From contig CP122380.1 of NCBI GenBank assembly GCA_024650005.2, positions 2,048,001 to 2,112,000 of the forward strand: a stretch of 64,000 nucleotides of DNA, written 5' to 3'. The notes beneath the pieces were generated by a model. That model saw only the letters and a list, made by a program, of their open reading frames with translations. It was not told where the DNA came from and ran no database searches. Positions 48,491 through 58,929 of this stretch are shown piece after piece (the first letter of the stretch is position 1; the number at the start of each line of letters is the position of its first letter). Both the position numbers and the translations under genes were made by a program. The stretch comes from Candidatus Bathyarchaeum tardum (GTDB taxonomy: Archaea; Thermoproteota; Bathyarchaeia; Bathyarchaeales; Bathyarchaeaceae).

Positions 48491-49015
48491 ATGTCAAAAG
48501 AACAAATTGTAGTTTTAATGGGTTCTCCCCGAGATCTTCCTTTTGCTTCCAAAATTAAAGAGTTTTTGGAAAAACAAAAGTTTCCAGTAGATTGTGTATA
48601 TACTGTTGCTTCGGCACATCGGACACCAGAAAAACTGTTAAAGGAACTCAAAGAATACGAAAAATGTAGTGTGCCCCTTGTTTACATTACAGTTGCAGGA
48701 TTATCTGACGCCCTTTCAGGAGTAGTTGCAGGGACAACCGTTCATCCAGTTATTGCATGCCCTCCAGACTCTGACCAACACGGAGGAGCCAAAGTGTTTT
48801 CTTCCACTGCAATGCCTACTGGAGTTCCTGTTGCATACGTTGTTAAACCAGAAAATGCTGCGTTAGTAGCGTTACGAATTTTTGCCATAGCTAATCCAGA
48901 ACTCCAAAAGTCCCTAGACAAGTATAACAAAAAAATGGCTAAAGCAATCTACGATGGCGACGAAGAAGTAAAAAAAGTAACACAAAAAAAACACGTTAAC
49001 CGCCTTGCAGTTTAA
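48491..49015 (+). CDS. purE: AIR carboxylase / N5-CAIR mutase family
   Basis: MGS..D, SAHRTP, AGLS.ALSG, PVIACPP, MPTGVP. Confidence 0.9.
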   Translation: MSKEQIVVLMGSPRDLPFASKIKEFLEKQKFPVDCVYTVASAHRTPEKLLKELKEYEKCSVPLVYITVAGLSDALSGVVAGTTVHPVIACPPDSDQHGGAKVFSSTAMPTGVPVAYVVKPENAALVALRIFAIANPELQKSLDKYNKKMAKAIYDGDEEVKKVTQKKHVNRLAV

Positions 49016-49143
49016 CTAAAGATCTTAGATTATTCACGGAACCATTAAGGAACAAATCTTGTGTTCCTTTGGAATTCCAGAAAAAAAACCGGTTTCCAAC
49101 AAAGTTGCATCTATTAATTAGTAATAGGAACTGTTGACTAGAT

Positions 49144-50529
49144 TTAATTCACCGTTTTCTTAAATTCCAAAAGTTCCTTGAGAGTATGTATTTCGATAAG
49201 ATTGCTTGAATGGGGCATTTTTGTTCGAAAGGCAGCAGTGAACAATACCAGATCTTCGATGTGCAGCAGTTCCATTTTGTGCAGTTTAATTGCAACAGAC
49301 ATTAACCGGTCGTCTTTGTTAGTGTAATCGTAGTGTACTGGAACAACCCCGTAGACTAGCTCAAGTTGCTTTTTGATTTGCAGGTTTGGGGTAACCGCGA
49401 TTATGGGACTTTCAATTTTAAAACGAGAAATCATTTTTGCAGTATAACCAGACCGTGTTAAAGTTACAATTTTTGTTATAGGCATGCTAGTGCAAATCTT
49501 GTGTATAGACCAACTTACGGTGTCGGAAATGTTAACAAAACCTAGTTTTCGCACTGAATTTCGGGTTGCTTTTTGAGCTTCTACTGCGATTCTTGCCATC
49601 ATCTCTACTGCATCTACAGGATATTTTCCAACTGCGGTTTCTCCTGAAAGCATAGTTGCATCTGTTCCATCTAATATGGCGTTAGCTACGTCGCTAACTT
49701 CGGCGCGGGTTGGATTTGGGTTATGCATCATGGATTCCAGCATTTCTGTAGCAGTAACTACGGGTTTCCCTTCTTGGTTGCACATTCGGATTAACGATTT
49801 TTGAACTAAAGGCACTTTTTCGGAATCAATTTCTACGCCTAAGTCCCCTCGGGCAATCATTATAGCATCGGATGCTTCTAAAATTTCTTTAAAGTTTGTT
49901 ATGCCTTCAAAATTTTCAATTTTAGAAAGAACAGCCCCTTCAAAACCTTTTGCTGCTGACCGCAGTTTTGTTATATCTTTGGCGTTTCGGGTAAAAGATA
50001 AAGCCAAAAACTCTGCATGATATTTTTTGGCAAAGTCTATAATTTTTTTGTCCCGCTGTGAAAGGGTTGGAACACCAAGAATCTTGTTTGGAACGTTAAC
50101 TCCTTTGCCGTTAGATATTATGCCTCCACGTTCCACCAATAAAACTAAAGATTTATTGTCTTTTTCGATAACTGCAGTTTTGATTTTGCCGTTGTCAATG
50201 TAAACTATGTCCCCAATGTTCATTTCGGCAATAATGTTGTGATTAAAACTGATGGATTCGCCACTAAAACCAACGTATAGCTTGTCACCTATATTGACTA
50301 TTTGTTGGTCTTCTGTTCTTAACCGAATTTCGGGACCTTTTATATCAATCATTATGGGCAGGTCAGATAATTTTCGAATATTATCAACACTTTGCTTGTA
50401 GCTTTCAAGGTCACCGTATGCGGTGTTTATTCTAACACAGTTCATGCCTGCTTGGAGCATTCCCTTTAAAGTTTCAGTTTCAACACTAGCCGGACCAATC
50501 GTGCATACGATTTTGGGTTTCTTTAGCAA
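49144..50529 (-). CDS. pyk: Pyruvate kinase
   Basis: KIVCTIGP, DIKGPEIR, ARGDLG, ATEMLESM, PTRAE, MLSGETA. Confidence 0.96.
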   Translation of the reverse strand: MLKKPKIVCTIGPASVETETLKGMLQAGMNCVRINTAYGDLESYKQSVDNIRKLSDLPIMIDIKGPEIRLRTEDQQIVNIGDKLYVGFSGESISFNHNIIAEMNIGDIVYIDNGKIKTAVIEKDNKSLVLLVERGGIISNGKGVNVPNKILGVPTLSQRDKKIIDFAKKYHAEFLALSFTRNAKDITKLRSAAKGFEGAVLSKIENFEGITNFKEILEASDAIMIARGDLGVEIDSEKVPLVQKSLIRMCNQEGKPVVTATEMLESMMHNPNPTRAEVSDVANAILDGTDATMLSGETAVGKYPVDAVEMMARIAVEAQKATRNSVRKLGFVNISDTVSWSIHKICTSMPITKIVTLTRSGYTAKMISRFKIESPIIAVTPNLQIKKQLELVYGVVPVHYDYTNKDDRLMSVAIKLHKMELLHIEDLVLFTAAFRTKMPHSSNLIEIHTLKELLEFKKTVN

Positions 50530-50562
50530 CTAACCTGTCACCTAAAATATGAAAAGGGGTTT

Positions 50563-51327
50563 TCAACGTTTAAACTTTGAAAGAATTAATGTAACAACTA
50601 TTGCAACTGCAAGAACTGCTATGACAATTTCAGAGACCAAAACGATGTTTTCGTATTCTGCTTGTTTAGACAAGATACCAAATAGTGCCCAGATGACTAC
50701 ACCACAGAAGGCGACGTCTTTTCGTAACACTAACATAGCAAGGGACAACAGCAACGCAACACAGATTATCAGAACGGCCCAAGTTGAAGCTTCGATTCCA
50801 AATCCGTCCCAGCCTATTGCAGTTAAAGCTACAGAAATGTTTGCGATGGTTGCGATGCTTATCCAGCCCAAATAAACACTGAAAGGCAAATGAACAAGAA
50901 CCATTTCTTTGATCGATACTGCTGCTCTGCCGATGTCTAAGCGTCTGTAGACTAGAATTAGACTTGTCAGCAACCCCAGCATCAGAATTACACTGTAGGT
51001 AACGAAATCGTAATGCCAAAGAACCAGCCAAACAATGTTGAAGATGCTGCTTAATCCGAAGAACCAACTAACTTGACCAAGAAACGGTTTGTCCCTGTTT
51101 TTGGGTAACGCTTGATAGATAACAAACAACGCCAGAAGAATGTAGATTACACTCCAAATAGCAAAAGTGAACCCCGCAGGAGTAACCAAGGTAGGGTACA
51201 TGTCTGAAACATCGGCGCTAGTAACTCCTCCAATAATTGTAGTGCTGCCAGCTAACCCGTTTACAATTAAAGTTACTATGTAGGCGACAATGTTGACTGC
51301 CTGAAACACAACAGGTCGATTCAACAT
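50563..51327 (-). CDS. TspO/MBR-related membrane protein
   Basis: TPAGFTFAIW..IY, N..W...W, PFSVYLGWI..ATIAN. Confidence 0.85.
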   Translation of the reverse strand: MLNRPVVFQAVNIVAYIVTLIVNGLAGSTTIIGGVTSADVSDMYPTLVTPAGFTFAIWSVIYILLALFVIYQALPKNRDKPFLGQVSWFFGLSSIFNIVWLVLWHYDFVTYSVILMLGLLTSLILVYRRLDIGRAAVSIKEMVLVHLPFSVYLGWISIATIANISVALTAIGWDGFGIEASTWAVLIICVALLLSLAMLVLRKDVAFCGVVIWALFGILSKQAEYENIVLVSEIVIAVLAVAIVVTLILSKFKR

Positions 51328-51485
51328 AATAAAAGTACAATATGCACCATTGTTCATATAACAATTTGCACAGCAATTTATTTAGCACAAAAGTTGAGAT
51401 TCAAAAAATCAAACATAAAAAAACAAACATTTGCGACTCACCAAAATGTTGATACAACAACCATTTAAAAAAAAAACAATAGAAG

Positions 51486-51625
51486 TAGTTGTTTTTTGTT
51501 ACAGGTAAAAAACAACTATTACTAATTTAAAGAAAGCATCAAAACATGTTTGGCAGTTGAACAAGATTTTAAAAAAATGCAAGTTTTGTTGTTGTTGGGG
51601 GGTAGGGGGGGTCAACAACAACAAA
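51486..51625. repeat. Two perfect inverted repeats (12 bp and 13 bp), the second enclosing a G-run spacer
   Basis: TAGTTGTTTTTT/AAAAAACAACTA at 51486-51518; TTTGTTGTTGTTG/CAACAACAACAAA at 51585-51625. Confidence 0.8.
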
Positions 51626-52158
51626 TTGGTTCATTTTAAGTATTTGAGTTAGTTTAACATCAAGGTAGTTTATATTATCAGAGTTGTGACCTTGCAAACA
51701 TGAAATAGTCTTTTGAAGGTCGATAACTTCAATTAAAGTTTACAATTATTTAATTAATATATACTGAATTAATCACGAATACTGTGGAGATAAATATTTT
51801 GTATGTTAGTGCAACATTGAAAACTTCAAAGAATGGACTAAACTCAATGAAGTATTATCCAATCATCATTTAATTTCCAAGAAAGTCGTTTACAGTGCAA
51901 CTTCTAATTTTAAGGGTACACTTTCTATTTGGGTTCCTTTGCGTGTTATGAGTTTTAAGCGAATGATGTTTTCAGAGATTAGTTCAGTTTGGGTTGTTGG
52001 TTCTTTTGTTGGTGTTGGTTTGGTTTTTTGTTTGGTTTGAATTATGCATATTTTGTATCAAGACGACGAGTGAACTTCAATCCAGTACTAGAAAATAATC
52101 CAAAAATTATTTGCACTAACATGATGATAATCAGCGTTTGGTTAATTCCATTGTTAGT

Positions 52159-52353
52159 TTATGCACCTTTTGGAAGCCAAGAATGGTAATTATTTTTTGA
52201 TTCTTCAGGGAAATATTCTTTGGATTTTTCTTCTTTTTTCTCGACTGGTTTATTGCAATATGGGCAGTCCTTCGGAAGTTCTGCACCCATGTCCCACTGA
52301 AATTTGGTGAGGCTAACATTACGCTTACATTTTGGACATTGTTTATTTGGCAA
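52159..52353 (-). CDS. Small zinc-ribbon protein
   Basis: CPKC...CPYC; AGGGGA upstream. Confidence 0.6.
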   Translation of the reverse strand: MPNKQCPKCKRNVSLTKFQWDMGAELPKDCPYCNKPVEKKEEKSKEYFPEESKNNYHSWLPKGA

Positions 52354-52510
52354 AATTCTATGTTCCCCTTTATGTTTTTAATTTTAAGCTCGTCTAAACC
52401 AGCTCATTAACAACATTATGGGCTATGAAGTATTTATCAAGTCGTACAAAAAACCCAGTGTATAATAGAAATTTAAGATTGTTTATTGTTAAATTTTGTA
52501 GAATACTACT

Positions 52511-52777
52511 TCATTTGGTCATTTTGTGGGTTAAAAATATCCCAGGTTTAGGCTTATTTTTCCAATTAAACCAAATTATAAAAATTGTGCTAAATCTCAA
52601 CAACCAGTTAAAAGTTAGGATACCCATTGGGGGCTTGTGTGCCCAGCAGGAGCACGTGCAAATTCCACCTGTGCCAACGTGCGAGATTACATGTGTTAAT
52701 TTTGTTGAACATTCAGTACAAACTACATCAGGCATATTTATTTCAAAAACTTGTGCACCACATTTAGGACATATCAT
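52511..52777 (-). CDS. Small Cys-rich (zinc-ribbon) protein
   Basis: MICPKCG...CTEC...CTCSC. Confidence 0.5.
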   Translation of the reverse strand: MICPKCGAQVFEINMPDVVCTECSTKLTHVISHVGTGGICTCSCWAHKPPMGILTFNWLLRFSTIFIIWFNWKNKPKPGIFLTHKMTK

Positions 52778-53166
52778 ATTTAAATACTCTTTTCCAATTT
52801 GCCCTTTGGTCAGCTAATTGTTTTTCATATCTTGACATTTTACTTCTCTATTTATTTTGAATTTTTAATTTAGTTTAATAGCTTATGAATGTTAAATTTT
52901 AACAGAACATAAGCTCTAATCTATGTCTATCTCAGCTAGTTTTTTGTTTTATTGTATTTCGTTTTGTGTTTTGCGAGAAGGTAGGTAGATAGGAGTAGGG
53001 GATTAGAGTTAAACAGGAAAAGAGTAGGAAAAAAAGGTTAAATTTTAATCCCAAACCCAAACATAGTAAAATATTCTAATCCAATCACCATTGTAGATTA
53101 TGATTTCGTACGCAAGTTTTGACAAACTTTTTATTCCTTTTAAAACTACTCTAAAGGCACGATTTT

Positions 53167-54165
53167 ATGTCAACTATGATTGATGTCAAAGACCTAGTAC
53201 TGGTATATTCTAATGGCACTAGAGCTGTAGATAATATTTCATTTAATGTAAAAAAGGGTGAATTCTTCGGGTTTCTGGGACCAAACGGAGCAGGAAAAAG
53301 TACTACCATCAAAGTTCTGACCACCTTACTGAAAAAAACCTCGGGTTCAGTACATGTTTCAGGTTACAACATGGACAAGGACTCTAAAGAGATACGAAAA
53401 ATGATTGGTGTTCAAAGCCAAGACACAGCTGTTGATGGAGACCTAACGGGACGAGAAAACTTAATGCTTCAAGGACACTTCCAACAGATACCCACTAAGA
53501 TCCTAAAACAAAGAGTTGATGAACTACTCAAACTGGTGGACCTAGAAAAATTTGCTGACAAACGGGCAAGAAACTACTCGGGGGGAATGAAAAAAAGACT
53601 AGACCTAGCAACAACTCTAGTTCATAGACCCCAACTACTTTTTTTGGATGAACCAACTACTGGACTAGATCCACAATCCCGTTCTGCAATATGGGAATAC
53701 CTTGAAAAATTAAACAAAGAAGACAAAACCACAATATTTTTGACAACCCAATATATGGAAGAAGCAGATCGGCTCTGCAGAACACTCGCAATAATAGATA
53801 CAGGAAAAATAGTAGCTAGCGGCTCCCCAACTGAACTCAAGCAACAATTAGGGGTAGACTCCATCAAAATTACCCTAAAAGATTATACCAAAGACAAAAC
53901 AACAGCTGTCAAAATTCTCAAGAGTTTGACTGGAGTTTCAAATATAACTGAATCAGATGAGTGTTTAACAGTCTTCGCAAAAAACGCCAGTCAACTAATT
54001 GCAGATATCGTAAGAGCGCTTGATAGCCTTGAGATAGGACTGGCTGGAATAAGCTTTTCATCACCTACTCTTGATGATGTATATCTGCAAAAGACGGGCA
54101 AAAGAATAAGAACCGAAGAGCTAGGAAAAACTCCAAGTACAACATTTATGGGGAGAAAAAGATAA
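53167..54165 (+). CDS. ABC-2 exporter ATP-binding subunit (DrrA-like)
   Basis: GPNGAGKST, YSGGM, FLDEPTTGLD. Confidence 0.95.
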   Translation: MSTMIDVKDLVLVYSNGTRAVDNISFNVKKGEFFGFLGPNGAGKSTTIKVLTTLLKKTSGSVHVSGYNMDKDSKEIRKMIGVQSQDTAVDGDLTGRENLMLQGHFQQIPTKILKQRVDELLKLVDLEKFADKRARNYSGGMKKRLDLATTLVHRPQLLFLDEPTTGLDPQSRSAIWEYLEKLNKEDKTTIFLTTQYMEEADRLCRTLAIIDTGKIVASGSPTELKQQLGVDSIKITLKDYTKDKTTAVKILKSLTGVSNITESDECLTVFAKNASQLIADIVRALDSLEIGLAGISFSSPTLDDVYLQKTGKRIRTEELGKTPSTTFMGRKR

Positions 54166-54168
54166 ACA

Positions 54169-54936
54169 ATGACCCTATTATCTGATACTAGATACCTTTT
54201 TGTTAGATACCTAAAAAAACTTATTAGAAATCCTATACTACTTTTTTTCTCACTGGTCCAGCCGATAATCTTCCTAGTTTTATTCACTCAACTTTTTGAA
54301 AGATTCGCAAACATTCCAGGATTTCCTGCAGAAAGCTACCTAATATTTGCAACTCCAGGGATATTACTGCAAAACGCCTTTGGCAGCGCTCTACAATCTG
54401 GAAACTCCATTGTTTTAGATATGGATACAGGATATCTTCAGAAAATGTTAGTCACACCAGTCAGTCGTTATGCAATATTGCTTGGAAGACTAACAAGTGA
54501 TGCTTTTCGAGTGTTAATTCAATCAACCATCATAATGGTTTTAGCATTTCTAATGGGTGCTGTTCCAGTTACCGGAATATTTGGCATATTACTGATGCTT
54601 TTTACAATCGCGTTTTTCGGGCTAGCATGGTCAGGAATTTCTCTTGCAATTGGATTAAAAACTCGAAGTTCAGAAACAGTATTTGCATTCGGTTCATTCC
54701 TCACTTTTCCATTACTATTCATGAGCACAGCTTTAACACCTCTTGATTTTATGCCCGACTGGATACAAACAGTCTCAAAGCTAAACCCGATAAGCTACAC
54801 TGTAGACGCAGTCAGAGTCCTAATGATCGACGGATTTGTATGGGATACAATTCTATCAGCCTATTTAGTGATTGGACTTGTTGCAGTTCTGACTCTAGGC
54901 TCAACATTATACCTATTTAGAAAAGTAGTAAACTGA
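54169..54936 (+). CDS. ABC-2 exporter permease (DrrB-like)
   Basis: Six TM helices; LVTPVSR, MPDW, NPISY. Confidence 0.93.
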   Translation: MTLLSDTRYLFVRYLKKLIRNPILLFFSLVQPIIFLVLFTQLFERFANIPGFPAESYLIFATPGILLQNAFGSALQSGNSIVLDMDTGYLQKMLVTPVSRYAILLGRLTSDAFRVLIQSTIIMVLAFLMGAVPVTGIFGILLMLFTIAFFGLAWSGISLAIGLKTRSSETVFAFGSFLTFPLLFMSTALTPLDFMPDWIQTVSKLNPISYTVDAVRVLMIDGFVWDTILSAYLVIGLVAVLTLGSTLYLFRKVVN

Positions 54937-55052
54937 AAAAGTGTTTGTTTTATAAACTAAAAATTCACACAGAAGTGCACTAAAAAATTATTAGCATTAG
55001 TTTGTTAATATTTATATCTCACTTGAACTTTGCAATTGCTAGGCTGGACATA

Positions 55053-55679
55053 TTGGCAACGATTGAATTTGCAACCCTGGCCATTTTATCGATAGTTGCG
55101 GTTATGAATCCTCTCAGCACTATTGCAATTTTCACAACTCTAACCAGCGATATTGGTCCTGAAAAACACAATTCTGAAAAACACCGTAAAATCGCTGCCA
55201 AAGCAATGAAAATAGCTTTTATAGTTTTGGTTTTTTTTGCTTTGACAGGCCAACTACTTTTTCAAGTGTTTAACATCGAAGTGTATGCATTCCAGATAGC
55301 AGGCGGCATTCTTCTAGTTGCACTCGCATTGAAAATGCTTTCAGAAAAAAACGGGTTATCCTCTGAGGATCGAGAAGATATTTCGATTATTCCTCTGGTG
55401 TTTCCTCTAACTGCAGGTCCAGGTAGCATAACGACAGTTATTTTGTTATTTTCGCAAGCAATAGATTTTTTTGATGCACTTTTCGTCTTCATTGGAATAA
55501 CGATTGGGATTTTGTTATCCTACTTTGGCATGAAGTATGCTTATAAGATAATCAAGGTTTTAGGCGTTGAAGGATTGCATGTTGTAACAGCACTCATGGC
55601 GATTATTGTGCTTGCAATAGCAATACAATTTATCATAGTTGGAATAGTTGATGCTATTCCTTACATACCAATCGAATAA
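55053..55679 (+). CDS. MarC family membrane protein
   Basis: MNP, AFQIAGGILL, PL.FPLTAGPGSI; start trimmed to TTG at 55053. Confidence 0.92.
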   Translation: MATIEFATLAILSIVAVMNPLSTIAIFTTLTSDIGPEKHNSEKHRKIAAKAMKIAFIVLVFFALTGQLLFQVFNIEVYAFQIAGGILLVALALKMLSEKNGLSSEDREDISIIPLVFPLTAGPGSITTVILLFSQAIDFFDALFVFIGITIGILLSYFGMKYAYKIIKVLGVEGLHVVTALMAIIVLAIAIQFIIVGIVDAIPYIPIE

Positions 55680-55857
55680 TCCCAAGTAGATAATCAATAA
55701 TAAACAAAATCAACTGTCTTTTCTGAATCTAGATTGAATTCAGACGAAATCAAGCGCTGATTTTAGTTAATTTCACTCAAAACCAGACTGCCTGATTTCA
55801 GTAAAAGATTTAAAAAAAATCAATTCCAATCATGAAAAAAGCGTTAGTTGGTTGGGG

Positions 55858-57540
55858 TTAAATTTTAACCTTTTTCCCAATTATCGAAGAAAATACAATA
55901 ACAAAAATAATAGGCAGAATTGTCCATGAAGGAAACTCTGGAATTGTTTCGAGTTTCATAATTGGGTGGTGGTCGATGTTGTTTGGATTAATGTAAAAGG
56001 GTGTGTCTCCTATTCCTGTTCCATTGATTTCTGTGGCATTGGGATATCTTAGAGTATAACCGCTCCAATAATTACCTTTTTCACCGTCATCCCATATACA
56101 AGGTTGAGGTAGTTTGTCTTGGCCGTCCCATATTCCAAGCATAGAAACCTGAAAGCCTACCTCTTTGTTATTGTCTATGAAATAATTGTGATAAACAGAG
56201 TTGTTTGCGCCCCCTCCTGCAAGCCCGCCTTCAAATTCTATAGCCCAACCAACGTTTTCTGTAAAATTGTTTCCGACAATTTTATTATTCGGAGATGCAG
56301 TGCAATAAATTCCGTTTGCGTTTTTGTAAAAAATGTTTTCAACAATAGAATTCCCTGAAGTATGAACTAACTTAATTCCATACCCAGTATTTTCTTCTAT
56401 TGTGTTTCCAATAATATTGTGTCCAGAATTGAATTGGTCAATGTAGATGCCAACAGTATTTCTTTTAATGTTATTATCAATGAAATTCACGCCTGCAGAA
56501 CTCAAGACATAGGCGCCCAATTTGTTTTCTGTTAGTGTATTTCCAGAAAAAATGTTATGTGAAGAACTGTGAATCTTGATGCCATAGTTGTCTTCAGTGC
56601 CTGTTATTGTGTTGTTACATATCGAGTTGTTGTTCGAAGACTTGCAAAGATAGAGTTCGTAACCGTTGTTTTTAGTTATGACGTTTTCACTGATGTAATT
56701 ATTTGTGGATTCTAAGAGGTAGATGCCTTCACCGTTATTTTTTGTTATTTCATTATTTGTTATTGTTGAATTTTTGGTTGAAACCAGTATGATGCCTTTT
56801 CCATTTTGTGATAGGCTACAGTGCTGAACAGAAATATTTACGCAGTTTACAAGACCAATACAAGCTGCGTCCGATGGAACTGACCTGTTTTCCTGGTTTA
56901 CCCAATAATATATGGGTGCGCCATTGATAGTGTTTGAATCATCAATGTCATGATAGAAAATTCTGGGACTTGCTGTGCTAACATAGGCGTCATGGGCTGA
57001 ATATGTAACTTTAAAGCCATAATTATTGGAGTTCATTTGGTTGTGTCTAAGGGTATTCCCAGTTGAAGAAACAATTTCAATTCCATAGTGGTTGTTTGTT
57101 AAGTTGTTTCCCAAAAGGGTGTGGTTTCCTGAAATCCTGAAAGTAGGATCTGAAAGAAGTTGAATACCATAATAGAAGTTACTGATTTGCATGTTTTGCA
57201 CGGTTATTCCGTTTCGATTTTTAATGAAAACTCCTGTAGAGTTTCCATTACCTTGAATAACGTAACCTGCTCCATCCACTGTGACATCATCGCAATCAAC
57301 CACAATTGTGTGACCAACAATATCATCAGTTAACGAATAGACATGTCCATTTTTGGTTATTGGAACAGTAACATTATCAGTGGAACTAACGTTTCCATCA
57401 CTTTGAATAATGAAAGCGGGTTTAGGAACCGAAAAAGGCATAGGTAGAAAATTTGCAGTTGCAACCTCAATTTGTTGAATACAGATAAGGAAATAAATAG
57501 AAAACATTAATATACCAAAAATTTTCTTTCCTTTTTTCAT
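55858..57540 (-). CDS. NosD-like beta-helix surface protein with PEF-CTERM anchor
   Basis: Signal peptide, beta-helix repeats, GNYWS, GIGDTP, IPEFP+TM. Confidence 0.88.
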   Translation of the reverse strand: MKKGKKIFGILMFSIYFLICIQQIEVATANFLPMPFSVPKPAFIIQSDGNVSSTDNVTVPITKNGHVYSLTDDIVGHTIVVDCDDVTVDGAGYVIQGNGNSTGVFIKNRNGITVQNMQISNFYYGIQLLSDPTFRISGNHTLLGNNLTNNHYGIEIVSSTGNTLRHNQMNSNNYGFKVTYSAHDAYVSTASPRIFYHDIDDSNTINGAPIYYWVNQENRSVPSDAACIGLVNCVNISVQHCSLSQNGKGIILVSTKNSTITNNEITKNNGEGIYLLESTNNYISENVITKNNGYELYLCKSSNNNSICNNTITGTEDNYGIKIHSSSHNIFSGNTLTENKLGAYVLSSAGVNFIDNNIKRNTVGIYIDQFNSGHNIIGNTIEENTGYGIKLVHTSGNSIVENIFYKNANGIYCTASPNNKIVGNNFTENVGWAIEFEGGLAGGGANNSVYHNYFIDNNKEVGFQVSMLGIWDGQDKLPQPCIWDDGEKGNYWSGYTLRYPNATEINGTGIGDTPFYINPNNIDHHPIMKLETIPEFPSWTILPIIFVIVFSSIIGKKVKI

Positions 57541-57571
57541 AATCCACACCAATTACTAATCTATTAATAAA

Positions 57572-57647
57572 TTAAAAAAGGGTTTTTGTCAAGAAACCTT
57601 GACTAAAAAGCTTTACTTGAACGATAGTTTAGTCAAGAAAATTTGAG
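57572..57647 (-). promoter_or_regulatory. Paired TCAA-N6-TTGA operators plus BRE/TATA-like element (third locus)
   Basis: Boxes at 57632-57647 and 57588-57603, followed by AAAAACCCTTTTTTAA on the minus strand. Confidence 0.65.
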
Positions 57648-57699
57648 AAAACTAATTTTGATACCTTCAATTGAAAATTTTTTACGAATTCAAGAACGA

Positions 57700-58596
57700 T
57701 TATTTAGACTTGTGATGGCGTAAATAAACAAGTAATACAACAAGTATTGCTCCCATAGCAACTGTTAAGATGCAAACAAATTCCGTTGGTAAACTTGAAC
57801 CTGAAAAGTCAGAGTTATCAGGGTCCGTATTTTTATTGGCATCGAAGGAAATTAGCAAGTCGCCTGGAAGATTCTCGTAGTAATTGGACACAACTTGAAG
57901 GGATATTATTTCATTTTTATCATCTTCAGTGATTGTGTAGTTTACGGGATTTTTCATTGCATCATCAAGCGTTATGGTATTCACCTGAAGGTTTGTGTAA
58001 TTTGTTTCAAACCTTATAGAAAAGTAGGCAGTGGATTTGTTACTCCAAGATGAAAGGTAAGGACTTATGTTTAAATCATACAAAAAAGTGTAGCTTCCAT
58101 TTATCTGCTTAACAGGGTGTTCATAATGAATTCTAAGAGTGAAATCGTCCACAACAGGATAAAGGTTACAAGAAATCATAGGCCAGTTCCCAACTGCAGT
58201 GTAATGAGTTACGTCAGGATAGCTTTGCGTGTAATTACTCCAGTCAAGATCGGCAGAATCCATTTTTATTGATATGTTTGTTGTTCTGGGAGGTGTTGGA
58301 TAAAACATCTGAAGAGAATCCCCACTAAAAGTGAACAATGAATCATTGGCCGAAGGATGGTGAGTCTGACAATCAAAATCAATTTTAGAAACAGGATATG
58401 TTCCATCCACTTTTGCCCATAAAGTTTCGTTCATCCAACAAATTGTGTAGTTAATTTGTTCTTCAGGCATTTTGAGTACTGAAAACAGAACTGGATTTGC
58501 ATTGGACAATCTAATGATTGGAAGCGCTAAAAATATTAATATTGAGTAAACTAGAATACTGAAAAACAAATCAACTCGCTTGCACTTATTTCTCAA
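57700..58596 (-). CDS. Secreted, membrane-anchored hypothetical protein
   Basis: Signal peptide ending ANP, beta-rich body, C-terminal TM plus basic tail. Confidence 0.75.
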   Translation of the reverse strand: MRNKCKRVDLFFSILVYSILIFLALPIIRLSNANPVLFSVLKMPEEQINYTICWMNETLWAKVDGTYPVSKIDFDCQTHHPSANDSLFTFSGDSLQMFYPTPPRTTNISIKMDSADLDWSNYTQSYPDVTHYTAVGNWPMISCNLYPVVDDFTLRIHYEHPVKQINGSYTFLYDLNISPYLSSWSNKSTAYFSIRFETNYTNLQVNTITLDDAMKNPVNYTITEDDKNEIISLQVVSNYYENLPGDLLISFDANKNTDPDNSDFSGSSLPTEFVCILTVAMGAILVVLLVYLRHHKSK

Positions 58597-58730
58597 ATTC
58601 CATCATCTCCAGTTTTTATCATCCTCAAATAAACTTTTTTTGCTATTCATGTTTCTGGGCAGTCTGAATTTGAAGGAAAAAAACAGTGTAACAACATATA
58701 GATTGTTTAACTGTGATATGTTGTTGATGG

Positions 58731-58837
58731 TGGTGCGGCGGGCAGGAATCGAACCTGCGAACCCCTATGGGAAAGGATAGCTCATCAAAACGCTGATCTT
58801 GAGTCCTCCGCGTTTGACCTGGCTTCGCTACCGCCGC
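58731..58837 (-). tRNA. tRNA-Leu (CAA) with a 19-nt canonical intron (58779-58797)
   Basis: GCGGCGG acceptor, long variable arm, strict BHB (CTCA/TGAG), encoded CCA. Confidence 0.95.
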
Positions 58838-58929
58838 CCCATTGCACAAAAACAAACATGACTAGTTAATTTAAGCCTTACTTAACCAAATTACTGTTCG
58901 ATTGTTATTAGAGAAGCAAAATCAAATTA

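Noticed and set aside
49047-49069. AAGGAACA/TGTTCCTT hairpin between convergent purE and pyk
   Set aside because: At most an ordinary terminator-like stem; too short to support a call
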